Source: a virus. From it: DNA of 42,701 nucleotides. The translations under genes and the position numbers were made by a program. Below the pieces are notes generated by a model. It had not been told where the DNA came from, ran no database searches, and saw only the letters and a program-made list of their open reading frames with translations. Shown one piece after another: positions 17,871 to 26,121 of the stretch. Every line of letters starts with the position of its first letter. Within the stretch, counting starts at the first letter, position 1. The DNA lies in IMG/VR virus record IMGVR_UViG_3300045988_068113; one strand, 5' to 3'.

Positions 17871-19392
17871 ATCCGCGAACACGCACCCCACGCGATGCCC
17901 TGCCGTATGGTTGCGCGTTCCCGTCCGCAATCTCCTTTTCCCATACCCCCACGAGCATATCCACCCCGTCATCATGCTCATTCGCGTCAAACTTTCGGAG
18001 AAAGTCCGTGATATGCCTGTAAAATTTCGGATAGGTATGCTCCCACCCAAAAGGCATTATAATCGCTTGATTCACGAAAGCCGCGCTCGTTATAATCCGC
18101 GATTCCTTGTTTGCCCCCTGATAGAATGGAACCGTAAGGGCGCGAATCTTCTTCTTTATCGTCTTTTCAAACTGCGAGCCTCCGTTATTGGATTCGACCC
18201 ACACCTTTTCAGTTCCCTGCTCGTTTATCATCCGAGGCGTGGTCACGCTCGTAACCTCCGTGTCCGCATCCGTGAAGTCCACCGCCGTAATCAGCGCGTA
18301 AAGCAACGGCTCCCACCTGCGTTTGTTCTCATTCCACACCATTTCCTCACTCTTGTAGATGTCATAAGTAGCCGCCGCCAAATAGTCCGAACCGCTGTCT
18401 GCGACATCAATGTAGCATCCCTTTCGTATCGGCGTGCCCCAATCCGATTTATTTACCCAAGTCTTGAAAGGTTGGAACAACTTTCCGGAATCGTCACCCG
18501 GATTTCCTTGATAAAGGCACTGAAACTGGATTCCGTCAAGCCGCTTGCGCTCCAACAGATTCTCCCTTGAATGCCTTTCCGGCCATAACGCCGCCCCCGG
18601 CTCTCTCGGGTCTATCTCCGTGGGTTCTCCCGTCTTCAACGCCTCGAAGTTCACGACAACCCAAGTATTATCCGGCACGTTCTCCAACTCCTCCCAAGTA
18701 GTCGCGAATATATGTTTTTCCGTTTCGAGAATTTTCCCGATTACATCCTCCTTATTCCACCGCGTAAACACGATAAGTTGCTGCCCCCCGTTCCCCAAAC
18801 GGGAAATGACGGTCGATGTGTACCACTCCCACACCGCAGCCCGCACAACAGGCGAACTCCCCTCCTTATAGTCCTTATACAAGTCATCAAGAATGACGCA
18901 ATCAACCGCCCTCGATGTAAGCGCTCCCCCTCGTCCCACAACATAGAAACTGCCCGAATGGTCTATAAACTCGATAAGGTCGGTATTCCTCACATAACTT
19001 CCGCTGTTCACCCCGTTCATCCCGTTCAGATACGTCTTCGGAAAAACCCTTTGATATTCCTCGCTGTCTATAATCTTCTGCACGTCCCTATTGAACCCGT
19101 TAGCAATGGTTGCAGCGTATGACGCAAGGGCAATCTTCATATCCGGATTCAACCCCGCCATAAATGCAGGCAAGAAACGAGACGAGCCTTGCGATTTGCC
19201 ACTTTGGGGCGGCGCTTGTATTATAAGCCGCCTAATCCTCCCGTGCGCGAACCTGTCAAGTATCTCATAATATGCACGATGAAAGGGCGTGGCGCAAAAC
19301 TTCGGCTCAACATATTGTGCAAACCATATCATTCTGCGCCTCGCCCCCTCTATCTTGAAGTCCTCGACACGGATATTTGAAACATCAACCAT
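17869..19392 (-). CDS. terL: Terminase large subunit (507 aa)
   Basis: Walker A-like IIQAPPQSGKSQ, Walker B-like CVILDDLY, a C-terminal nuclease-like segment YIDVADSGSDY, and an adjacent small-subunit gene. Confidence 0.85.
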   Translation of the reverse strand: MVDVSNIRVEDFKIEGARRRMIWFAQYVEPKFCATPFHRAYYEILDRFAHGRIRRLIIQAPPQSGKSQGSSRFLPAFMAGLNPDMKIALASYAATIANGFNRDVQKIIDSEEYQRVFPKTYLNGMNGVNSGSYVRNTDLIEFIDHSGSFYVVGRGGALTSRAVDCVILDDLYKDYKEGSSPVVRAAVWEWYTSTVISRLGNGGQQLIVFTRWNKEDVIGKILETEKHIFATTWEELENVPDNTWVVVNFEALKTGEPTEIDPREPGAALWPERHSRENLLERKRLDGIQFQCLYQGNPGDDSGKLFQPFKTWVNKSDWGTPIRKGCYIDVADSGSDYLAAATYDIYKSEEMVWNENKRRWEPLLYALITAVDFTDADTEVTSVTTPRMINEQGTEKVWVESNNGGSQFEKTIKKKIRALTVPFYQGANKESRIITSAAFVNQAIIMPFGWEHTYPKFYRHITDFLRKFDANEHDDGVDMLVGVWEKEIADGNAQPYGRASRGVRVRG

Positions 19393-19394
19393 AA

Positions 19395-19901
19395 TTATTC
19401 CTTTTTGTTCAGCTCATCCAAAACCTGCCCCAACAACTCATCCGGAACTTTCGCAAGCGACACCTGCGATTCGCTCTCCGTCTTGACTTTCCCGTCTATC
19501 TGCGTACTGAGGCGGTTCTTCCACTTCTCCGGGCAAAGGTTACACAGGGCGAAAATCAGCGCGGGCGTGTCAGGCACGACTTTCTTCTTCTTCACAATCT
19601 GCTTCTTGATTATCGGGTTTCCCTCATTGTCCGAGGTATATTCCGTTTCCTTTTCCTCATACTCGAAGCCTGTTGCCCTGCGATACAGCGATGATTCCAA
19701 CTCGGCAACCAAGGTCGAGCGGTATTCCTCCTTTGCCGTCTTAACCAAGTCGGCAAATTTCTCGTCAGTCCTTATCCAACGATAAAAGGCATTCCTGCCA
19801 ACTCCTGCACTCGTGAACGCCTGTTTGTCCGTCATTCCCTGTTTCAGACCATCAAATATAATCGCCTTAATTTCCGGCGTGCATTTACACTTTGCCATCA
19901 C
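19395..19901 (-). CDS. terS: Terminase small subunit (168 aa)
   Basis: N-terminal HTH-like segment (GMTDKQAFTSAGVGRNAFYRWI) and PALIFALCNLCPEKWKNR, matching the ALIFxLxNxxPxxW motif I recall from TerS families. Lies directly upstream of terL. Confidence 0.75.
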   Translation of the reverse strand: MMAKCKCTPEIKAIIFDGLKQGMTDKQAFTSAGVGRNAFYRWIRTDEKFADLVKTAKEEYRSTLVAELESSLYRRATGFEYEEKETEYTSDNEGNPIIKKQIVKKKKVVPDTPALIFALCNLCPEKWKNRLSTQIDGKVKTESESQVSLAKVPDELLGQVLDELNKKE

Positions 19902-20665
19902 CCTGCCTTTTGATTATTTTTCTGCGCCTCGCACTCTATATTCCTCGAACTTCTCGAAACGTGTTCTCCTTTATACATTCCTGCCCCCATTTCGTCAATC
20001 CTCGAAAATGGAATCTCCGGAACATTAAGGCGATTGCGCCACTTCTTGTCAATGAAATAAATATACCTTAATTGATACCCCGCCAGAATCTTACCACCCA
20101 CATACTCGACATATTTAGAGAAATTATTGCCCCCCCCTGTTATATCTGCGTAACATTTGCCGCCTAACTCCTTACGCGGTTGCAATCGGCTTGATTCAAG
20201 GGTCATTTTATGAATTTTCTCCCCATTAGGCAAAAGGCAAAGATTCTTGTTCTCGCGAATATCCGTGAGAATAAAATTACTTGCCCGATATATCGTGCCG
20301 TCACCACAGCTGCAACCATCAGCAAACGAAATCACCCATTTAACTTGCGGGGCTTGCTTGCTTATCATCCGCAATGTCGCCCCGATGCAATAACTTTCGG
20401 AATTGCGCGGCAAATAATCGTCAAAAGCCATTCTGTTCAGTTCAAGAAAACTATCCCAACGCGAACCCTCAACAAGTCCGAGCATCTTTGATTTATCCAT
20501 CGAGGGGCCGAAACTCAAAACGCCATGTAAGCCACCGTCAAGAAAAGCCCCGAAATGGAGGCAAGAATTTGGAACAACCTTACCCGAATAATGCCATTTT
20601 TTGACAAAGTCGTTCGCAATCTTCGCGGGCAAAACTTTAATAATTATTTCCTTGCATCTTCCCAT
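19898..20665 (-). CDS. GNAT-fold, Mom-like putative DNA-modification protein (255 aa)
   Basis: ANDFVKKWHYSGK...HFGAFLDGGLHGVLSFGP...LELNRMAF...VISFADGCSCGDGTIYRASNF resembles the block order I recall for phage Mu Mom-family proteins. Not verified by search. Confidence 0.4.
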   Translation of the reverse strand: MGRCKEIIIKVLPAKIANDFVKKWHYSGKVVPNSCLHFGAFLDGGLHGVLSFGPSMDKSKMLGLVEGSRWDSFLELNRMAFDDYLPRNSESYCIGATLRMISKQAPQVKWVISFADGCSCGDGTIYRASNFILTDIRENKNLCLLPNGEKIHKMTLESSRLQPRKELGGKCYADITGGGNNFSKYVEYVGGKILAGYQLRYIYFIDKKWRNRLNVPEIPFSRIDEMGAGMYKGEHVSRSSRNIECEAQKNNQKAG

Positions 20666-21258
20666 TGTCTTACTATTTCAGATATTGCATTACCATTCAT
20701 ATTCTTGTTACCGAATGTCTCCGCTTTCTTGTAATCCTCGGAATCCTTAACTTTCCTTATTGCGGCTTTTACAAGTTCAGCCTGTTCATTTGATAGAGTA
20801 AATGTGACTTGGCAAAATGGGGATTTTTCTCCGGATTTGATACTGAATGAATCACCGAAATTATCCGGTGAAATGTCATTATCATCCCAGTTAGATAGTT
20901 CAACGCCCCAGCCTTTCAGCGCGGAATCATCCCACTTGCGCAACTTTTCCTTGTCCCAAATTCCATTATGGGTATTGTCGCGAATCATTATCTCTTTCTC
21001 TCGCTCCTCCGTCAGTCCGTGCAGCAAGATTGTCGGCACCTCAACCAAGCCCAACTCCCGCGCCGCCTCGCTCCTCTGTTTCCCTCCGATTATCATAAGC
21101 CGCCCCGTCCTGTCACTCAACAGGATAGGGCGTGCCTCGAAGAAATCCGGATTTGCCTTAATGCTCCTTGCCAAATCCTTGATACCCTCTTTCGTGGACG
21201 TCCTCGGATTGTCCGGATTCACCACCAAGTCCGAAAGTTTACGATATACAATTTCCAT
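20644..21258 (-). CDS. ParB/Srx N-terminal (ParB-like nuclease) domain protein (204 aa)
   Basis: LSDLVVNPDNPR plus LMIIGGKQRSEAARELG (arginine-patch-like), followed by EVPTILL. Confidence 0.8.
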   Translation of the reverse strand: MEIVYRKLSDLVVNPDNPRTSTKEGIKDLARSIKANPDFFEARPILLSDRTGRLMIIGGKQRSEAARELGLVEVPTILLHGLTEEREKEIMIRDNTHNGIWDKEKLRKWDDSALKGWGVELSNWDDNDISPDNFGDSFSIKSGEKSPFCQVTFTLSNEQAELVKAAIRKVKDSEDYKKAETFGNKNMNGNAISEIVRQWEDARK

Positions 21259-21259
21259 A

Positions 21260-21616
21260 TCAATCTATTTTCTGAATCCACGCGAAACGAACACCGAAAC
21301 CGACAAAGGCAAGCCGAACCTCGACATCCACATACCTGTCACCGCCCGAATCTATCAAGTCAAGCCCCACCCCGAATTGATAGGACTTGTATTTCAGATA
21401 TTCGCGCCCGAAAAGGAACACACCGAACCTCGAACCGCTCAAGCCGAAATAAATCGCGTGCTTCTCCGGAATCCTCCTTAACTGCCCTATATCGTAAGTC
21501 TTCCCAGTCTTCACGTCAGTATATCCCAACGCATCATCAGCGACTGCCTTGATTGTCTTCCCGAACGTGTCACATTTCGGGTCGATTACTTTATACTTCC
21601 TTGCTTCCATCCTCAT
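21260..21616 (-). CDS. Hypothetical protein (118 aa)
   Basis: ORF packed between the ASCH and ParB-like genes. Confidence 0.5.
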   Translation of the reverse strand: MRMEARKYKVIDPKCDTFGKTIKAVADDALGYTDVKTGKTYDIGQLRRIPEKHAIYFGLSGSRFGVFLFGREYLKYKSYQFGVGLDLIDSGGDRYVDVEVRLAFVGFGVRFAWIQKID

Positions 21617-22115
21617 TCTTAATTTTTCTTTTAATCAGCCGCCAACTTGCCTCATCAACGTGGCAAACCTGCGGATATTCAATTATATCATCTTTCGTAT
21701 ATACAAGGTTGAATATACCGAGTTGTCCCTTTGTCGGCATCTCAACAACCCTGCGGGGATTACGCATAAGCCACCCGTAACCTTTCCGAGGGCGCTGCCC
21801 CTCCGGTATTCCGGTGTTTTCCCAGTCCTCATCCGTGAACTCCTCCAAAGGCTTAACCCCGTACAACTCCACGAAACCGAGCGTTACACCGGATTGACGC
21901 CCCGGAATTTGCGGAACATTCGAGGAACACACAAGCACCTCGCCCCGATAGTTCGTCTTCTGCCCCCGTACCTCTATGGACTTGACGGCGTGGATGTTCC
22001 CCTCATCATCCCTATAAGCCGCCGTAACAAGCATATCGGCATAAGGCTGTTTAACGCACAACGCACGGAATCTGTCGTGCTTCTCGGGGTCATATTCGCT
22101 GTTCTTGTACTGCAT
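21591..22115 (-). CDS. ASCH (PUA-like) domain protein (174 aa)
   Basis: ALCVKQPYADMLV...KSIEVRGQKTNYRGEVLVCSS matches the ASCH N-terminal pattern (hhhKQPWA..I..G.K.hE.R...T.YRG.hLI). Confidence 0.65.
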   Translation of the reverse strand: MQYKNSEYDPEKHDRFRALCVKQPYADMLVTAAYRDDEGNIHAVKSIEVRGQKTNYRGEVLVCSSNVPQIPGRQSGVTLGFVELYGVKPLEEFTDEDWENTGIPEGQRPRKGYGWLMRNPRRVVEMPTKGQLGIFNLVYTKDDIIEYPQVCHVDEASWRLIKRKIKNEDGSKEV

Positions 22116-22170
22116 ATCTTTCCACTCTCAAGCCCGTGGCAATTCTACCACGGGCAAAGTTAGCAATTAT

Positions 22171-22584
22171 TTACATACCGAACGGCATATCATCCTCGTC
22201 ATCTTTCGCCGTATATGGACGCTCCGGCTCTGGTGCAGGTGCTCCTGCCCCCTGCTTGCTTCCGAGCAACTCCATATTCTCGACAACAATTTCAGTGACA
22301 TACCGCTTCTGTCCCTGTCCGTCAGTGTAGTCGCGGGTCTGAATCTTTCCCTCGATGAGCAACGGAGTACCTTTCTTGACATACTGCTGCGCAACGGACG
22401 CAAGCCCCGTTCTCTTTATCACAATGTTGTGCCAGTCCGTGTGCTCCGGAATCTCCTTGCCGTCCTTTGTCTTGTAGCCTCTTTCTGTCGTGGCAAGACT
22501 GAACTGCGCCACCTTTCCACCCTCCGGAAAGTCCGTAATTTTCGGGTCTGCCCCGCAATTTCCTTTCAAAATAACCTTGTTCAT
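22171..22584 (-). CDS. ssb: Single-stranded DNA-binding protein (137 aa from the ATG at 22584)
   Basis: MNKVILKGNCGADPK...TDWHNIV...PLLIEGKIQTRDYTD OB-fold pattern, a Gly/Pro/Ala linker, and the acidic tail DDEDDMPF. Confidence 0.9.
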   Translation of the reverse strand: MNKVILKGNCGADPKITDFPEGGKVAQFSLATTERGYKTKDGKEIPEHTDWHNIVIKRTGLASVAQQYVKKGTPLLIEGKIQTRDYTDGQGQKRYVTEIVVENMELLGSKQGAGAPAPEPERPYTAKDDEDDMPFGM

Positions 22585-22606
22585 AATTCCTTTATTTTTG
22601 TGTTTG

Positions 22607-22945
22607 TTAATCAAATTTAACCCCGTCCAACAGATACTCCCTCTTGCTGCTCCACCCGGCATTCGCGTTGAGGCTCTTGCGGTCTTCGTCTTTCACGAAC
22701 TCCACATAATACCCGCCGTGTATTCCGGGGCGCAATATCCGCACCAACTTGCCAAGGAAGAAACGCCGGAACTCCGCGTAACTGCTCCGCTCGTTCATTG
22801 CAACAACCCGCTTGACATAGCCGTCAGATGCTGCCGCTCTCGGCTCTCGTCCCTGCCTGCGGAAACTCACGTTTTGGAAATCCTTTCGGATTGACTTCCG
22901 GCTCATTTCCAAGTAGTCATATCTTTTCGGTTCTTTCGTTCTCAT
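22607..22945 (-). CDS. Hypothetical protein (112 aa)
   Basis: ORF with a 4-nt overlap onto the upstream gene. Confidence 0.5.
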   Translation of the reverse strand: MRTKEPKRYDYLEMSRKSIRKDFQNVSFRRQGREPRAAASDGYVKRVVAMNERSSYAEFRRFFLGKLVRILRPGIHGGYYVEFVKDEDRKSLNANAGWSSKREYLLDGVKFD

Positions 22946-23388
22946 TGATAATCCCTTTTCAGTTCCTCAATCAAAGCCACATTCGCCGCATATATCCTCA
23001 TACTCTCGCGTGTAGTCGCGTGCTCCCAACTTTCGTGATGACGGAAACAGAGTATATTGATATTTCTCGGGTCGTGCGCCATTTCCGGATGCGCCCCCCT
23101 TGACAGGACGTGCGAACAATAAGCCGCGCTGTATTCCGGCAAATCACGCATACACTCCTCGCAACGATGCGGCTTGTGCTCCCATACCCAACGGAAAAAA
23201 CGGGCGTTCGCCGCCGCTATGTTCTCGCCGCGTCCAAACACGCAACGCCCGAACTTTTCCCGCTGCAACTCGATGCGCAACCCCATTTCCATACGAAAGT
23301 GCCGCGTATCAATCAAAGGCTCGTAACCCCTCGAAACGGCATAATCATACTCGCTGCGCTCGGTTATAAAATATGGTTCAACCGTCAT
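22942..23388 (-). CDS. HNH-type nuclease, NinG/Rap-like (148 aa)
   Basis: CEECMRDL...YCSHVLSRGAHPEMAHDPRNINILCFRHHESWEH follows the pattern CxxC...SH..SRG....D.RN...LC..H. Confidence 0.55.
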   Translation of the reverse strand: MTVEPYFITERSEYDYAVSRGYEPLIDTRHFRMEMGLRIELQREKFGRCVFGRGENIAAANARFFRWVWEHKPHRCEECMRDLPEYSAAYCSHVLSRGAHPEMAHDPRNINILCFRHHESWEHATTRESMRIYAANVALIEELKRDYQ

Positions 23389-23966
23389 TCGTCCCCGAAC
23401 AATGAAAGTTGTGTCGTCTTGCCCAAAAACAGATAGGCGTAAACTTCATGCTCTATCTGGTAAGTTATTTCGTCCAACTGCTGCTCGAATCCGAATTTCG
23501 TCAGCGTGGTCTTTATCCTCGGAGTGTTCACCGCACTTTTCAGCCTGTTGGCAGAAAGGAACTCGGACATTATGATTACCCCGAAGTTGTCCCCCGTTCC
23601 GGAAAACGCAACTCCTCTGACATCTATATTGCCCAACAATTCCTCGGCAAACGCACGCGCCTTGTCCTCAAACTCCGGGGCAAATGTCCTGCTGCCCGGC
23701 TCAACCTCCAACAGCGAAAGAAACGAGGTTACTCCGAACACACGCGCCACTATCGAGCGCAATTCCCTGAACAATCCGAGCAAGTCCGGATGCACGTCCT
23801 TTCCGTTCTCGACGTGGTAATTGTTCACATACTTGCTCCCGTCAATGGTTTCAGTAACCTCATACTGCACCTCAAGCCCCCCTGTCTTCCCTAACTTTAC
23901 CTTTGTGAGCGAAAAACTCTTCTCGCTCGGAACTGCCATTGTTGCAGCCTTTCTGTTCTCTTCCAT
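23385..23966 (-). CDS. Hypothetical protein (193 aa) ending in the beta-clamp-binding consensus QLSLF
   Basis: C-terminus ...GKTTQLSLFGDE. ATGA overlap with the downstream gene. Confidence 0.6.
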   Translation of the reverse strand: MEENRKAATMAVPSEKSFSLTKVKLGKTGGLEVQYEVTETIDGSKYVNNYHVENGKDVHPDLLGLFRELRSIVARVFGVTSFLSLLEVEPGSRTFAPEFEDKARAFAEELLGNIDVRGVAFSGTGDNFGVIIMSEFLSANRLKSAVNTPRIKTTLTKFGFEQQLDEITYQIEHEVYAYLFLGKTTQLSLFGDE

Positions 23967-23970
23967 AATT

Positions 23971-24183
23971 CTATGATTCTTTATTTGGTTTAATGGGTTT
24001 TATCGAAGAATCTTTTGGGACAAGGCATTTGAACCCAAGCCCCACAAGCGTTCGGACATCCTCCATTATCTTGATGTCATGCTCGGGGGCGTTCTGCTCT
24101 TTCATACCCCCGATAAACTCATCCATCGCCTTAACTGCGATACTCGGATGATAGTTGAAATTCACTGGCTTCTCTTTCTTCAT
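23971..24183 (-). CDS. Hypothetical protein (70 aa)
   Basis: Compact ORF in the operon. Confidence 0.45.
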   Translation of the reverse strand: MKKEKPVNFNYHPSIAVKAMDEFIGGMKEQNAPEHDIKIMEDVRTLVGLGFKCLVPKDSSIKPIKPNKES

Positions 24184-24194
24184 ATTTTCAAAGT

Positions 24195-24989
24195 TTAGAA
24201 ATTGTCTTCTGCCAACAGGGACGCGAAAGCCGCCGCGGTTGGCGTTATTTTCGCCAAATTTTCGATTTGCGGCTCTTTCTTTTCGTCTCCGTGCAATTTA
24301 TCATCCGGAACATTATCTCGCGAAACAGGGGCATTTCTGGCTTTTTTCGCGCAATCGGAGCATTTCGCCCCGTTTTCCTCCGGATATTCCTTGACTTCAA
24401 GCGCAACAAGCCCCATATCCACGAGCAACGGCAAGCAACGCACAACCGCCCTCACATCACATATTGCATCGTGTGCCGGAAAACTCTCACCCGGAAAGCA
24501 ACGCGAATACAGCTCAGTAAGGTTCGGGAACTTCAACGCCCCGTTCTGTCTCCTCGCGTCCACCCACTTCATAGACGCACGCATCGTGTCAATCCTCTTG
24601 CCCTTGTGCAGCGCGTCCTTCGCTCCGAGTTCCTCATAAAGCCCGTAACGCATCAGTTCAGACTTAATCATCGAAACATCAAAGTAAATGTTATGTCCGC
24701 ATATCAGACGAGCCTCCGCGCAATCCTCCATAAATTTGAGGACTACCTGCCCGAACGGCTCGCCCTCCACATAAGCCCTCTGCGTGGTTATCCCGTGCAG
24801 TTCCGAAAGTTTCGCCGGAATCTCCCACCCGTCCGGATAGATAATGTGGTTCTCCTCCCGTCCGTTGTATATCCACGATAATTGACAGATGCGGGGGAAA
24901 GCCATATAATCCGCTGCCCAGTCCGCACCCTTTGCAGGAAGTCCGGTCGTCTCCGTGTCAAAGAATAGAATATCGTTATAATTTGCCAT
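24195..24989 (-). CDS. DnaQ-like DEDDh 3'-5' exonuclease (264 aa from the ATG at 24989)
   Basis: ExoI FFDTETTGL, ExoII GHNIYFDVSMI, ExoIII HDAICDVRAV, plus a C-terminal extension of about 80 aa. Confidence 0.85.
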   Translation of the reverse strand: MANYNDILFFDTETTGLPAKGADWAADYMAFPRICQLSWIYNGREENHIIYPDGWEIPAKLSELHGITTQRAYVEGEPFGQVVLKFMEDCAEARLICGHNIYFDVSMIKSELMRYGLYEELGAKDALHKGKRIDTMRASMKWVDARRQNGALKFPNLTELYSRCFPGESFPAHDAICDVRAVVRCLPLLVDMGLVALEVKEYPEENGAKCSDCAKKARNAPVSRDNVPDDKLHGDEKKEPQIENLAKITPTAAAFASLLAEDNF

Positions 24990-24991
24990 AG

Positions 24992-25423
24992 TTACAATGT
25001 TTGTGGGTCTTCGACATATAGGTTGAGTTCTTCTGCCGCGAATTGCCTCACGCACTCGATATGCTCAATCAGTTCGGCGTTGTCGAGTTCCTTTATCTCG
25101 CGCAACTTCGAGGAATATTCCCCCGTCACGGCATTCACCACCTCATCCCAACAAATCGGGGAAAGATACCGCAGATATTCCTCGGTCTGCTGCTCGGTCT
25201 TCCTTTCCCCTGTCTCCCACAACCCCTGCCGGATTGTCGGCACCACATAGTGAAAATAATAACCTTTCAACGCCTCGGAACTCTTGCGAGGTGCAATGAC
25301 AAAGCGAGCCACGACCCTGTTTCCCTTTCGCTCCGCAAAGAATGCGTTTACCGCCTCCATAGGCATATATAAACGCCCGTCCTCTTTGATAATACCCGAT
25401 GTCGATATTTCCCGCGTTCTCAT
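24992..25423 (-). CDS. Hypothetical protein (143 aa)
   Basis: ORF in the recombination module. Confidence 0.55.
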   Translation of the reverse strand: MRTREISTSGIIKEDGRLYMPMEAVNAFFAERKGNRVVARFVIAPRKSSEALKGYYFHYVVPTIRQGLWETGERKTEQQTEEYLRYLSPICWDEVVNAVTGEYSSKLREIKELDNAELIEHIECVRQFAAEELNLYVEDPQTL

Positions 25424-25424
25424 A

Positions 25425-25895
25425 TCAGTTCCCGTTTTCCGTTGCCGCCAATTCTTTCAGTTTCCTCAAATCAGGATTCGCGTCACAGATAATCTTCTCA
25501 ATCGTCCTGTCATACGCAAGCATACCGAGTTGCCGGATATATTCACGGATAGCCGCCTTGTGCTCTGACTGCTTATTCAAGACTTTCGCAAATTCTACCA
25601 CGAATTTTCCGGTATCATCAAGCAAGCCCAATTCCAGCACCCTGTCAATAGTAGGGCGGTTCTCCGCGACTTTCTTCCCCTGCTCCTTTGCTTTCTCCAC
25701 AAGCGAAAGGACGGTCATCCGCGCCTCTTTCTGCTCGTTTATGCAGTCAGTCATAATCTCCACGAAATCCGACATCATCAGCACATCCGCGACTGTCTTG
25801 TTTACCAAAATTTCCGGATAGCGGAAATCGTGCGAACGCAAGCGGCGTGCGTATTCCTGTGCCGCGTTCTCTTTCGTTGTCTTCTTCCTTTTCAT
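25425..25895 (-). CDS. Hypothetical protein (156 aa)
   Basis: ORF in the recombination module. Confidence 0.55.
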   Translation of the reverse strand: MKRKKTTKENAAQEYARRLRSHDFRYPEILVNKTVADVLMMSDFVEIMTDCINEQKEARMTVLSLVEKAKEQGKKVAENRPTIDRVLELGLLDDTGKFVVEFAKVLNKQSEHKAAIREYIRQLGMLAYDRTIEKIICDANPDLRKLKELAATENGN

Positions 25896-25917
25896 CGCTA
25901 CATCTTTATAACATCTA

Positions 25918-26040
25918 TTATCTCCTCAATATCCCGTATTCGCGCTTCACTTTCTCAACAGCCTCCTTGCGCGATTTTGCCGTAACCCATACCTTCGCAA
26001 GGTCATCGCCCTTTGGCTTATAATATATCATCCATTTCAT
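25918..26040 (-). CDS. Possible small ORF (40 aa, MKWMIYYKPKGDDLAKVWVTAKSRKEAVEKVKREYGILRR)
   Basis: Hand-translated. Fills the gap between a terminator-like hairpin and the next gene. Below the track's size cutoff. Confidence 0.3.
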   Translation of the reverse strand: MKWMIYYKPKGDDLAKVWVTAKSRKEAVEKVKREYGILRR

Positions 26041-26056
26041 AATGTTCAAGAATTAA

Positions 26057-26116
26057 AAGCCCGAACACAAGCCCCGCGCCTACGCCTTACTGCCCCACGG
26101 AGCCGTGTCCGGGCTT
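26057..26116 (-). terminator. Long hairpin with a T-rich tail after the SMC-like ATPase gene
   Basis: aagcccgaacac pairs with gtgtccgggctt (11 bp, 1 mismatch) around a 36-nt loop. On the minus strand it is followed by TTTTAATTCTT. Confidence 0.4.
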
Positions 26117-26121
26117 GATTG

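Noticed and set aside
22585-22662. N-terminal extensions in track ORFs. Examples are SSB from 22662, the exonuclease from 25055, the repeat protein from 28667, HNH from 32562, and 8684..9145, 29661..29993, 36728..37072 and 34546..34755.
   Set aside because: The extensions overlap the upstream gene or a promoter and have implausible sequence. Internal ATGs sit at ATGA or short-gap junctions and begin the conserved domains.
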